This document shows, one piece after another, positions 47,687 through 56,744 of a stretch of 64,000 nt of DNA. Below the pieces are notes generated by a model. That model ran no database searches and was not told the origin of the DNA. It worked only from the letters and a program-made list of their open reading frames with translations. The stretch lies in sequence record PQ850618.1; one strand, 5' to 3'. This DNA comes from Escherichia phage ManiWeber_Bas99. The translations under genes and the position numbers were made by a program. Within the stretch, counting starts at the first letter, position 1; each line of letters starts with the position of its first letter.

Positions 47687-47835
47687 ATAAATATCAATTT
47701 AGCGATAATAAAATCAGTAAGGCAGATGCAATCAAGCAGCTTCGCCGCGTACTTGAAGCCAGCGGACATACGAAAGAGCGTGCACGCGTCCTGGCCAAAG
47801 AGCATTATAAACGTTTTGTGTCACAAATCAGAGGT
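47683..47835 (+). CDS. Small ORF (about 50 aa) not in the ORF track
   Basis: ATGA overlap with the upstream stop; ends just before the 47841 start. Confidence 0.3.
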
Positions 47836-47840
47836 TAATT

Positions 47841-48332
47841 ATGATCATTCATCGCCCTTTAATGTTAAACAAAGAAGAGTGTGAAGAAATTTTACACGCA
47901 TTGAGACGTGCAGAGGCAGATGTCAACATTCGTGTAAAGGTAAGAAACTTTATCATGAATGAGTTTAAAAGTTTTGATGTTGACTATGCCATCGATGAAT
48001 TACTGAAGCGAAACGTCAAGGGTGCAACAAGACCTATTCACCATCAATCACGTTGCGTAAGAGTTCCTATTAAAACTTATGTTGATAAAAAGCCGCGCCT
48101 TAAGCCAATTGACATATTTGACATAAAGAACGGCGACTCAATCATAAGCAAGGACGCGGAAGAGGGTGCAATTCCTGTCAATGGCCGAGTGATTCACGTG
48201 TCGCACGATGCTGATCAGACTTTAATTCAATGGGTAAGGTTTGATAACACTGGCGGCGGCAAATATCGCTACTATGGCGACGAGCGATTCACCACTAAAT
48301 TCTATAAGGTACTCGACCATGGCTCATGTTAA
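47841..48332 (+). CDS. Hypothetical early protein
   Basis: 163 aa; RBS GAGG. Confidence 0.3.
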   Translation: MIIHRPLMLNKEECEEILHALRRAEADVNIRVKVRNFIMNEFKSFDVDYAIDELLKRNVKGATRPIHHQSRCVRVPIKTYVDKKPRLKPIDIFDIKNGDSIISKDAEEGAIPVNGRVIHVSHDADQTLIQWVRFDNTGGGKYRYYGDERFTTKFYKVLDHGSC

Positions 48333-48666
48333 AGACGAAGTGTTGTTTGGCGCAGAGATTAAGAAACGTGTCAGAGAAATGGCAGGAGAAGAAAGAATGA
48401 AGTTGCTGCGAAAAGGTTTTGATCACATCAATGGCGTATCCGGCACGAAGGAGATGGGCGTGTTGGTAAAAGACATTCGCATTGGCGATGTCATGGTCAT
48501 CGACCGACAAGCGCGCGTCGTTATCCAGGTACAGCCGAACGATGATGAAGGTTGTGTCCTATTGAAGTTGAAGAAGCTTTCATCAAGCCCAGCGAAGGCC
48601 GTCATCAAGAAGGTATGGCCCGAAGGATTGCGCAAACTCATTCGTCGACCAGTGGAGAATGTATAA
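48322..48666 (+). CDS. Hypothetical early protein
   Basis: Internal ATG overlapping the upstream stop. Confidence 0.3.
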   Translation, partial: AHVKDEVLFGAEIKKRVREMAGEERMKLLRKGFDHINGVSGTKEMGVLVKDIRIGDVMVIDRQARVVIQVQPNDDEGCVLLKLKKLSSSPAKAVIKKVWPEGLRKLIRRPVENV

Positions 48667-48902
48667 TGGAAGATTATATCAACGCTATGTATATGGCATT
48701 CTATGTCGTGCAACTTCCGAATGGCGCGGTATTCTATGGCGAGTATACCTTTGACGTTCAATATGACGTTTCAGAGCGTACAGTGTTAACAAGGGAGTTG
48801 ATTGCGGACCTTAAGGACGACATCAAACGCGTCGCGCGGCAGCAGTTCAATTTGGATGACACGGTCATCGTTCGAATTACCGGAATAACAGAGGTGCAGT
48901 GA
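48666..48902 (+). CDS. Hypothetical early protein
   Basis: Internal ATG of track ORF 48552-48902. Confidence 0.3.
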   Translation: MEDYINAMYMAFYVVQLPNGAVFYGEYTFDVQYDVSERTVLTRELIADLKDDIKRVARQQFNLDDTVIVRITGITEVQ

Positions 48903-49231
48903 TGACCCGTGATCAGATACTCGCCGCGCATGAGCGTGAAAAGGTGAAAGAAATCTGGAAAAGACACAACGCCTTTGCCGAGTCCTATTACTTCTTAAAG
49001 AGGTGCATAAAAGAGAATGTGAGGATGGGCGATACCGTTTTGACATTTAACATTTTGTCTTATGGTAATAAGCTTAATGCAATATATGCTTGTCGACTAG
49101 CCAACATGAAGTTCGATAGAGGAGGTGACGGAGAGTTGACCATCTATCGATTCTCTCACCGGACGGGTGATACAAAGATAACAAGGACACGTGACCAGAT
49201 AGAGATTGACCTACTCCACTATGTAAAATGA
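48899..49231 (+). CDS. Hypothetical early protein
   Basis: 110 aa ORF. Confidence 0.3.
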   Translation: MMTRDQILAAHEREKVKEIWKRHNAFAESYYFLKRCIKENVRMGDTVLTFNILSYGNKLNAIYACRLANMKFDRGGDGELTIYRFSHRTGDTKITRTRDQIEIDLLHYVK

Positions 49232-49236
49232 ATATC

Positions 49237-49290
49237 AAAAAAGGTGAGCTAAATGCTTGCCTTTTCTTTTATCAATACTTATACTCTTTT
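49237..49290 (+). promoter_or_regulatory. Early promoter copy 1 (conserved upstream block, -35 TTGCCT, -10 TATACT)
   Basis: AAAAAGGTGAGCTAAATGCTTGCC then 17-bp spacer and TATACT, followed by TCATCAAG and an RBS; near-identical block at 50487-50540. Confidence 0.5.
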
Positions 49291-49316
49291 CATCAAGATG
49301 AAAAGCGAGGTGAATT

Positions 49317-49634
49317 ATGATTTACTTAGGAATGGACGAAGATGCGCACAAAGACCTTTCAAGGGTGCCAAACGTTAAGTTAGACACAGCTGTACACATC
49401 AAGCCTTGGCCAATCGCCCACCCTGACGTAGTTGTACCAGTCGCGCCTGGCACGCGTTACGTGGCCATTGATGACGACGGAGTGATTCACTGTTATTCGG
49501 AAAAACCAAAGTATATAAAGCAATATCACGGTTGGTTTTTGGACGAGCGTGCAATGGCGCGTTACTGCGGCGAAGTCGGACTGGAAGGCTGGAGCTTCGA
49601 GGCTAGTGAATCGTGTGTCGAGGTGCAATTATGA
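49317..49634 (+). CDS. Hypothetical early protein
   Basis: 105 aa; first gene after promoter copy 1. Confidence 0.35.
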   Translation: MIYLGMDEDAHKDLSRVPNVKLDTAVHIKPWPIAHPDVVVPVAPGTRYVAIDDDGVIHCYSEKPKYIKQYHGWFLDERAMARYCGEVGLEGWSFEASESCVEVQL

Positions 49635-49849
49635 ATGCCGCGCTGGGTAAGTTGTCTTTCAATAAACGCAACGAGTTGCGCATGGTGTCGGCTTTTCAGC
49701 GCACCCTTAATGCCATGTCAAGCGTTGCCATCACGATGCTTCGCGCTGATTGCCCTGCTGAAAAGCGTGAGACTTTATTCGAACGTCACCAACAATTACA
49801 AAAGGCGGCATTTAAGCTGCAGCAATATGCCATGGAGTATGCAAAATGA
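49631..49849 (+). CDS. Hypothetical early protein
   Basis: ATG after GAGGTG. Confidence 0.3.
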   Translation: MNAALGKLSFNKRNELRMVSAFQRTLNAMSSVAITMLRADCPAEKRETLFERHQQLQKAAFKLQQYAMEYAK

Positions 49850-50229
49850 GAATGAAGCGTTGCCCTTACTGCCACGATGTAATGCACCTTCCACACGAAG
49901 AGTTTGTGCAGCACATGACTAACTGTGATAAGAATCCTAATAGCGAAAGCCAACTTGAAGAAAGAATGTTCTTGGTGTCATTCAAAGCTTCTGCTTATGA
50001 AGTGCAACGTTCTTACGGCGCACCAAGTACGATTTACTGTCCAACAACATTGAGAAGCGACATCGACTCAATTCAGCTTGCGGCCTGGATTAACGTTAAG
50101 GAAGGAATCACGCCGCACTTTATTGCGCGCATCCAATCTCAGATTCTACAAATCAAGCGCGAATACAACCGTGACATCACTGAAGTGAAGGTGTTGTCTA
50201 TCACGCCTATGAATAAGGAGTTGCCGTGA
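49846..50229 (+). CDS. Hypothetical Cys/His-containing protein
   Basis: 127 aa; N-terminal CPYCHD...H...H...C. Confidence 0.3.
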   Translation: MRMKRCPYCHDVMHLPHEEFVQHMTNCDKNPNSESQLEERMFLVSFKASAYEVQRSYGAPSTIYCPTTLRSDIDSIQLAAWINVKEGITPHFIARIQSQILQIKREYNRDITEVKVLSITPMNKELP

Positions 50230-50486
50230 ACAAGGGTCCGATGACTAAGTTAGCCGTTGCCGCGCGGAAGCTTCGACAAGCCGTTAATGGGTCACGGCCC
50301 GTGGTGTTAACACTCGACGACGCAAAGGAACTGGTAGAGCTACTCGACGAGCACAACCGACGCAAGAATAGAGAGCGCACATTAAAGTACCGCGTCACGC
50401 CAGCCGGACGCGAGTGTGAAAAGAAAGCTTACTTGCGGCGGAAGTTAAGGTCGGTCGGTCTACACGAAGAAGCCGATCAGATTTAA
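50226..50486 (+). CDS. Hypothetical basic protein
   Basis: 86 aa, Arg/Lys-rich. Confidence 0.3.
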   Translation: MNKGPMTKLAVAARKLRQAVNGSRPVVLTLDDAKELVELLDEHNRRKNRERTLKYRVTPAGRECEKKAYLRRKLRSVGLHEEADQI

Positions 50487-50540
50487 TTCAAAAAGGTGAG
50501 CTAAGTGCTTGCCTTTTTATTTGTCTGTATTATACTTAAT
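50487..50540 (+). promoter_or_regulatory. Early promoter copy 2
   Basis: AAAAAGGTGAGCTAAGTGCTTGCC then 16-bp spacer and TATACT, followed by TCATCAAG and RBS AAAGGAGAGG. Confidence 0.5.
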
Positions 50541-50564
50541 TCATCAAGCAAAGGAGAGGTTATT

Positions 50565-50870
50565 ATGAGTACCGAAGCGATGAAGAGCAAGTTGTTGAAG
50601 GTTATGCAAGCCGCTGTCGAGTGCGGTGCTATTCAGGAGTTCAAAGAGACGCAAGAAGGCGGTGAGCCAGTATTCTTCTTTAAGAACAAGAAAGGTGCGG
50701 CAGCTGCTGTTATGCTCTTGAAGAACAGCGACATGACCTTTATTCTTTGCGCAGGCGGTTATGACCTTGTTGCCGATGACGCTTACATCACCTGCGCGAC
50801 GGGCCTTAATCCTATGTTAACGTTTGAGCGTCGCGGTATTCGTGTTGCGACATTTGGAGGCGTTTTATGA
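50565..50870 (+). CDS. Hypothetical early protein
   Basis: Internal ATG after AAAGGAGAGG; shares an LKVMQAAVECGAIQEF-like motif with the N-terminus of 51562-52062. Confidence 0.35.
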   Translation: MSTEAMKSKLLKVMQAAVECGAIQEFKETQEGGEPVFFFKNKKGAAAAVMLLKNSDMTFILCAGGYDLVADDAYITCATGLNPMLTFERRGIRVATFGGVL

Positions 50871-51052
50871 GTACCGAAGTCCACAACGCATCAGCACTGG
50901 TAAGCTTTTACCGCAACAAAGGCGTGTCTCTCGTTAAAACGTCGCAAGGCATGCTGTTCTTTGGCACGCGATTCCTTAAAGCTTCGGAGCGTGAAACGCT
51001 GTCCAAGTTTGATCAGAAAACATTACAAGCAGTTTGGAGACGACAACAATGA
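50867..51052 (+). CDS. Hypothetical early protein
   Basis: 61 aa ORF. Confidence 0.3.
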   Translation: MSTEVHNASALVSFYRNKGVSLVKTSQGMLFFGTRFLKASERETLSKFDQKTLQAVWRRQQ

Positions 51053-51345
51053 AACTAAGTTTAGCACAAGTCCAAACATTATACCGTATGGAAGACGGGA
51101 CGCGATATATGTTGCGTGGCGATTGCAAGAAGGCTCATGAGAAGCGCCCATCGCTGTTTCATGACGTCAATGCACCATCAATCCCTGTTTTGTTTCGCCT
51201 TGGGCTTGTTGATTGGGCGGTTCAAGGAGAAAAAGACCCAAGGCTATATTCATTTGTGGTGATGACAAAGAAGGGTCGCGAGGCATTACAAGGAATTAAA
51301 GAGAATATGAGAGGAGGAAAATACTATTATGACATCCAATCTTAA
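51049..51345 (+). CDS. Hypothetical early protein
   Basis: Internal ATG of track ORF 51034-51345. Confidence 0.3.
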   Translation: MKLSLAQVQTLYRMEDGTRYMLRGDCKKAHEKRPSLFHDVNAPSIPVLFRLGLVDWAVQGEKDPRLYSFVVMTKKGREALQGIKENMRGGKYYYDIQS

Positions 51346-51565
51346 AGCCCGTTTATTATTCATCAAGCCGCATGTGCCGTATAAGATTAGTAAGCGCACC
51401 TGGCTTAACATTTACAACCGCAGCGGCGACCGTTGTTTGTACAAGGCAAAGCGGCGCAAGAAGGTATATTTAAAGGCGGTGATGTCCCAGCCCGTCGATG
51501 CATTCAACATCGGCGAAAATGAATTGTCAATCGGCTATCAAATTGAACTAGGAGCAAAGAAATGA
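51329..51565 (+). CDS. Hypothetical early protein
   Basis: 78 aa; RBS GAGGAGG. Confidence 0.3.
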   Translation: MTSNLKARLLFIKPHVPYKISKRTWLNIYNRSGDRCLYKAKRRKKVYLKAVMSQPVDAFNIGENELSIGYQIELGAKK

Positions 51566-52062
51566 AAATCGAACAACTCGAAGCAGTATTGGAAATGGCT
51601 GTAAAGGCAGGCGCAATCAGAAGCTATAGCCGCGAGAAGTCGGATGATGCTGCGCACTTTTGTCGCAACTTCTATATTGTCGGCAACCTTAACGACCACT
51701 ACACCATCGAGTGGTATACTAATATGATGACGCTTAAGTCGCGCACCATGGAGCTTTGGTGCAATGACATTTGCTTATCCAACACTCATCCATCCTACGA
51801 CGTGGCATTGGCATTCTATTACGGAAGTCATCAACCAGTAGCCCACATTGGTGAGAAGCATGAGCACTTGAAGAAGCCAGAAGAATCTCATGAAGGTTGG
51901 ATTGAATGGTCTGGCGGCAAGAATCCGGTGCCTGGTAAAAAGGTCATGTTGATGTGGAGGAATGAAGAGAAGTCTTCTTATTCATCCAATTCAGAAGGAT
52001 GGCTATGGCAGCACAACGGAAGCATTTATGACATTATCGCTTATCGCGTCGTGGAGGAATAA
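51562..52062 (+). CDS. Hypothetical two-domain early protein
   Basis: 166 aa; C-terminal W.EW.GG.NPVPGK.V module shared with 52944-53369. Confidence 0.35.
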   Translation: MKIEQLEAVLEMAVKAGAIRSYSREKSDDAAHFCRNFYIVGNLNDHYTIEWYTNMMTLKSRTMELWCNDICLSNTHPSYDVALAFYYGSHQPVAHIGEKHEHLKKPEESHEGWIEWSGGKNPVPGKKVMLMWRNEEKSSYSSNSEGWLWQHNGSIYDIIAYRVVEE

Positions 52063-52403
52063 TGGAAGAGCAAGAAGGCCGTGAGCTAACGTTCGACGAG
52101 CAAATGCAAGAGCTTCAGCGCACATCGCCGCTGCGCGGTAAGGTTGTTGACATCGAGGCGAGCGAATCCAATCTCACCCAGTGGCGGCTTAAGTGCACCA
52201 GCACAAGCAAGGATATGTTAAGCTTCAAGGTCGGTCAGACCTATTTGCTTTATGAGGCAAAAGGACTTATTATTGATGGAAGGCAAATTGTCTTCACGGT
52301 AGTCAGCGGAATGCGTTGGTTTGTGAAGCGTGATGTCGAGGGCCGTGACATGTTTGTCGCAGGCTTTCCAGAAACAAGATTCCAATTGGAGAAGGTTAAA
52401 TGA
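52062..52403 (+). CDS. Hypothetical early protein
   Basis: 113 aa ORF. Confidence 0.3.
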   Translation: MEEQEGRELTFDEQMQELQRTSPLRGKVVDIEASESNLTQWRLKCTSTSKDMLSFKVGQTYLLYEAKGLIIDGRQIVFTVVSGMRWFVKRDVEGRDMFVAGFPETRFQLEKVK

Positions 52404-52732
52404 AATTGAAATGGTATGTGGACCCTGAGCCGACAGGCTCATACAGGTCATTCCAACGTCGCGGCTGGCCGATTTGTTACAGCGGCAATCCCGATAAAGA
52501 AGACTGCGAGGTGCTTGCCGCGATAGTAAGTCTTAATCATGACGGCTATGAAGGCCACTACGCGAGAGCAACCAACCTTCGTCTCAAGGTGCGCATCCAT
52601 TTCAAGGTCGCAGGCGAGGACCGCACCGGACTCTCCAAGGAAGAGTTCAGCAGCATTGCCGAAGCAAAGGCATGGCTCAAGGCGTTCTACAAGAACAATC
52701 CTAAATTTTATCCAACTAAGGGTGCATTATGA
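52400..52732 (+). CDS. Hypothetical early protein
   Basis: 110 aa ORF. Confidence 0.3.
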   Translation: MKLKWYVDPEPTGSYRSFQRRGWPICYSGNPDKEDCEVLAAIVSLNHDGYEGHYARATNLRLKVRIHFKVAGEDRTGLSKEEFSSIAEAKAWLKAFYKNNPKFYPTKGAL

Positions 52733-52947
52733 CCGATAATCAATACGCAGTCGGGCAACGTGACATCGAGCAACTCGACGAGGGCGGCTATTATACGCGC
52801 CACATCTATGCCATGACTCATGAAGGACTTTACAGCAAGTCGGACATCGCCGCTGAACTGGCCCATCGTGACTTGCAAATTGACCTTCTCAAGATAGAAA
52901 TTCAAAACTTACGCAACACCCTGTTAAACACCTGGAGCTTAAAATGA
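52729..52947 (+). CDS. Hypothetical early protein
   Basis: 72 aa ORF. Confidence 0.3.
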   Translation: MTDNQYAVGQRDIEQLDEGGYYTRHIYAMTHEGLYSKSDIAAELAHRDLQIDLLKIEIQNLRNTLLNTWSLK

Positions 52948-53369
52948 TACAGCGTTACGACCTGACATATGACGTGGCATCAGACGATTTCGCCGTCACT
53001 CCCGTTCCAGAAAGTCATGAAGGACGTTTTGTTGCATATGAGGACTATGAATCACTACTCAAGCTTAATGAGTCGCTAACAAAAGAGATTGAGCAATACC
53101 GCGAGCGCATCAAAGCCGCTGAAGATGTTATCAAGCTTTTTAGCGAGGCTGTTGAGAAATACAAGGAGCGAAACGTACCGATTAAGGAGGAAGCGTGGAC
53201 CGTGTGGTTTGGTGGCGTGAATCCGGTGCCTGGGAAGATGGTTGAGTTTGAATTACTCAACGGTTATAAGTCAAAAGGTGCTGTTCCTTCGGATAGTTTG
53301 ACATGGGATAAAGTCACAAGCCCGACTGGTGCAAAGATTGTTGCTTATCGGGTCGTTAAGGAGGGGTGA
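52944..53369 (+). CDS. Hypothetical two-domain early protein
   Basis: 141 aa; C-terminal WTVWFGGVNPVPGKMV...IVAYRVVKEG module shared with 51562-52062. Confidence 0.35.
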   Translation: MIQRYDLTYDVASDDFAVTPVPESHEGRFVAYEDYESLLKLNESLTKEIEQYRERIKAAEDVIKLFSEAVEKYKERNVPIKEEAWTVWFGGVNPVPGKMVEFELLNGYKSKGAVPSDSLTWDKVTSPTGAKIVAYRVVKEG

Positions 53370-53818
53370 TGGGTAACAAGCTTATCGCCGCTGGTTGGGC
53401 CATACCGAAGTGGGCTCATCGTGCGCACTACTTTGATGAAGGAGAAGTGCAAAGCCTTTGCGGTCGCGCAACGTATTTCGGTGATGAGCGCGTCAGCGGC
53501 GATTACATTGACTCGCTTTTAGGTAAAGGTGATTGCAAGAAATGTCAGGATATATTAAGAGATATTCTGACGCAAAAAGGATTGCTTGAGCTTGATGAGT
53601 CGGAGGAAGTAATAGAGCTTAAGCTTGAAGCCAATCACCTTATTAATATGTTCAAGAATTATTACTTAACGAATATGCGCTCAAAGATGCGTGAGGAAGT
53701 AATAAAAGAGGTGCTCACTTACAATCCGTTAAGGATGAATAAAACTAAACTGAAGAAGTTTAATGCAATGGTAAGAAAGGAATTTAGACGGCTTGGAGTG
53801 AAGAATTTTATATTTTAA
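53366..53818 (+). CDS. Hypothetical early protein
   Basis: 150 aa; last gene of the + early operon. Confidence 0.3.
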   Translation: MMGNKLIAAGWAIPKWAHRAHYFDEGEVQSLCGRATYFGDERVSGDYIDSLLGKGDCKKCQDILRDILTQKGLLELDESEEVIELKLEANHLINMFKNYYLTNMRSKMREEVIKEVLTYNPLRMNKTKLKKFNAMVRKEFRRLGVKNFIF

Positions 53819-53833
53819 TTATGATTAATGTTA

Positions 53834-53860
53834 AGAGGGCCAATCGGCCCTTTTTATTTG
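53834..53860 (+). terminator. Rho-independent terminator ending the early operon
   Basis: AGGGCCAATCGGCCCTTTTTATTTG: 6-bp stem, 4-nt loop, T-run. Confidence 0.6.
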
Positions 53861-54349
53861 CCTGTGTAATGGGAGGCTTTTGTGGTTATTTACGATTCAA
53901 GGCTGTAATTTAAGAGAGCGAAAATATTATAATAATTTATCAAGATTATTGCATATTGTGGCAATCAACGTTTATACGTATTTATGACAGTTTAATCCAC
54001 TAAATAATACGGATAGAACAGTGAGGAAAATACAGCGGTGTATTTTAGTGTAAATATTGAATCAAAAATAAATAATTATGGTGCTATTATATACGCAGAT
54101 TGTTTGTAATTTATAGGATATTTTATCGTGGAGTATTGGCTAACGGTGCGTTAGCCGTGGGTCTTGGTGCTTGTGGTGTTGATGCTCAGAATTTTAATAA
54201 TGTTTTTAGTTTTAGTAATCGTAGTCAATGATGATACGTATAAGAAAATGAGAGTCACCCCTTCACAGGATATTGTACCGTGGCCCTGTGGCGCGCCGCG
54301 CCTGGGATTGCTGGTATACACTGGTGCTATTTTGCCGCGAAGGCAGTCA

Positions 54350-54685
54350 TTCATACGTATCATGACGTATCATTGGGCTATTGATTTATAAGGAAAAATA
54401 CGCTGATACGGATGATACGGATGCAAACATAATATATATAGAATTCCAGAAAATTAATTAACTCCATTTTGAATTAATTTAAATTAATTTTTTTCTACAT
54501 CCTCATACTTATACTAAACTTATATTTATACGTATTATCCGTAAGATATAAGTAAAAACAAAGACTTGCGGCAATACGGATGATACGTCATGATACGCTT
54601 CAACCAGCCAGCAGCGGCTAAGTCATTGATTTGCATAGCAAGCGGCGAAAGGGATGGATTTCTTTTATACGTATCAAACAGTACA
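54350..54685. repeat. Iteron module B: same repeat family and architecture as module A
   Basis: ACGTATCATGACGTATCAT about 54354-54373; reverse copies about 54404-54423 and 54574-54597; AT-rich core about 54424-54530; TTTTATACGTAT shared with module A. Confidence 0.7.
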
Positions 54686-54826
54686 CCACGCACCACGGTC
54701 CGTTATCCATTCAGCAATATGATTTGTGTACGTTTATAGCCATAATGAACATCAATCTGCACTTGAATATAATGTTCATCCATTGTATAATTCACACTAT
54801 TAATTTGCACTATGGGATTTTGCACT

Positions 54827-55300
54827 ATGAGTCAAGATTATGTAGCGATGCCTGAAGACTTTGAAGACCCGCGATTTGCAGAGCACAATCAGGCTTTATT
54901 CGATGAGTTCATTGACCTTGTTATTCAGGGCCATGACATGCGCGCAGCTTTTGCACTAGTATTTGGAATGGAAGTTGCAACGGATAACTACACTGGCCAG
55001 CGAATCCTTTGCACGCAACGCAATCCATACTACAAGATGCGCTTCAAAAAGCGTATGGAAGAGATGCCACTCAAGGATTTGTGGAGCGTAAAAGGTGCAA
55101 TTCACAATTTGGTTAAGCTTGTGCGTGATCCAGAAGTCGCAGCGTCAGCCAAGCTTAATGCTATTCGTGAACTGAATATCATCTACGGCATCACGATGAT
55201 TGATGAAAACGGCAATAGTAAAATGGGCCGTTCCATGGACGATTTCTACAAGGATTTTGGAGAGGCGGCCAAAGAAGGTGAGCAATTCTCCCGCCACTAG
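54827..55300 (+). CDS. Putative DNA-binding protein (possible terminase small subunit)
   Basis: ATG overlapping an 11-mer copy; about 157 aa; helix-turn-helix-like N-terminus; adjacent to iteron module B; assignment tentative. Confidence 0.3.
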   Translation: MSQDYVAMPEDFEDPRFAEHNQALFDEFIDLVIQGHDMRAAFALVFGMEVATDNYTGQRILCTQRNPYYKMRFKKRMEEMPLKDLWSVKGAIHNLVKLVRDPEVAASAKLNAIRELNIIYGITMIDENGNSKMGRSMDDFYKDFGEAAKEGEQFSRH

Positions 55301-55317
55301 CCAATTTGCACTATAAA

Positions 55318-55355
55318 ACGGCCCTAGAACACATCTTCTCCACTTCTAGGGCCAT
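55318..55355. other. Strong hairpin GGCCCTAGAA-(14)-TTCTAGGGCC
   Basis: Perfect 10-bp stem directly downstream of 54827-55300; weak T-tract on the minus strand. Confidence 0.4.
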
Positions 55356-55728
55356 CGGTAATACGACGGGGAAGGTTACAACCATAAACGCGTTAGAAAG
55401 TGTATTATTATAAGTCATCTTTTAGTCACTTTACGTAACAATTTACGACCTTCAGCCGTCCAATCGAACGACTCCACCAGCAGATTCGCACTATAACCTA
55501 AGATGATGCGCCCTTTCTCGTTATCGACCCGCCAACAAGTCTCGAATAGCATTCGATTTGCACTATTAACTATCGCCGCAACGCGCGTAGGGTAAACGCA
55601 ATTTGCACTATGGTCATAAAGGGATAAGGTGCGACCACTTCCGATGGACAACGTAGCGATGAGAATGAGCGTATTCATAAGCCACCAATTTGCACTATGA
55701 AAAGCGACCCCGAAGGGCCGCCATTCGA

Positions 55729-56355
55729 TTAGATAATCTGGAAGGTGTAGGACTTGTTGCCGAACTCGAAGTTCAAGCGCCCAGCTTCCTTAAGCTTCAT
55801 GCGGAAGCGAATGTGCTTGCTATCCGGTAATCCCAGCGCGGCGAACGCTACGCGGACCGATTTGAACTCGCCTACACCCTCGACCATGACACCGTTACGG
55901 GTAAGACGCTTTTGCGCCACTTCCTTATTATCCCAGCTTTTTGCAATACCTTCGCTATTCGAACGGCGATGGGAAGGAGTTCCATTTTGCACTACGCAAT
56001 TTGCACTATCGTTTAAACCGCTCTTAACGAAGGCTTCATATTCTTCGTCGGTCATCGCGTCGAGTTCTTCCTGGGTCGGCTCAGCCTTTTTAACGACCGC
56101 ACGCGCCTTATGCGTTTTTACATCGCTGGACACTTCCTCGCGCGACTTCGCGTCTGGGATGGGCGATTCGTTGGACGGCTCATCTAGCGCGTTTAAGGAC
56201 TCGATTAACGCGATGACGCGAGTCTCAGCGGTCCGGCGGTCCGAAAATTTCTTAATCGGCTTCGAACCGGAATTTGCATTATAAAATGCAACGAGGTCGG
56301 CGGTCTTAGTTGCGATAACGTCGCCGCTAGTCGAGAAACGATTTAAGCTAACCAT
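55729..56355 (-). CDS. Hypothetical protein in the CG-rich island
   Basis: 208 aa; strong RBS TAGGAG; codon and dinucleotide usage differ from the rest of the window; contains 11-mer copies. Confidence 0.4.
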   Translation of the reverse strand: MVSLNRFSTSGDVIATKTADLVAFYNANSGSKPIKKFSDRRTAETRVIALIESLNALDEPSNESPIPDAKSREEVSSDVKTHKARAVVKKAEPTQEELDAMTDEEYEAFVKSGLNDSANCVVQNGTPSHRRSNSEGIAKSWDNKEVAQKRLTRNGVMVEGVGEFKSVRVAFAALGLPDSKHIRFRMKLKEAGRLNFEFGNKSYTFQII

Positions 56356-56435
56356 AATAAACTCCTATTTGTTAGGGCGCTAGGCGCGAAAGAATTTTAT
56401 TAAAGCGCCGCGCACGACGCTCTAAAAATCCTCTC

Positions 56436-56720
56436 TTACGCTTCGACGAGGGAGAAGGTCTCAAATTCTTCTTCGCCCATAACGAGTAAGATATTACCGA
56501 TTTCGACCGCTTCGAAGAAATATCCGTTAACGTTTACTTCGAAGGCTTCGCGGTCCGATTCCGGTAGCGCCGCGTAAAGTTTAAAAGCCTCGGCGACCGT
56601 TACCCCACCCGCCTCGATAGTTTGGCCTACGTTCGCGGCGTAGACTTCGGATAAAATTTGTTTTACGCCGTAGTTCTCGACGATAGCGTTACGAATAGAA
56701 GAAACGTTAAGAATAGCCAT
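56436..56720 (-). CDS. Small acidic protein, island paralog A
   Basis: 94 aa; RBS AGGAG; paralog of 57355-57645 (NVNGYFFEAVEIGNILLV vs TINGFVYTITEIGGEYLAV). Confidence 0.45.
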   Translation of the reverse strand: MAILNVSSIRNAIVENYGVKQILSEVYAANVGQTIEAGGVTVAEAFKLYAALPESDREAFEVNVNGYFFEAVEIGNILLVMGEEEFETFSLVEA

Positions 56721-56744
56721 TTTAAACTCCTAGTTGGGAGAGGC

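Larger units (their letters stand above)
54790..56290 (+). repeat. Dispersed same-orientation 11-mer ATTTGCACTAT and one-mismatch variants, about 10 copies
   Basis: Copies near 54803, 54818, 55304, 55485, 55555, 55601, 55688, 55985, 55999, 56273, all on the + strand, in intergenic DNA and inside minus-strand ORFs. Confidence 0.65.

Noticed and set aside
55415-55678. 87-aa minus-strand ORF with repeated SAN tripeptides
   Set aside because: The ORF is largely assembled from copies of the dispersed 11-mer (ATAGTGCAAAT on the minus strand encodes S-A-N). The repeats are more likely a DNA signal than coding sequence.
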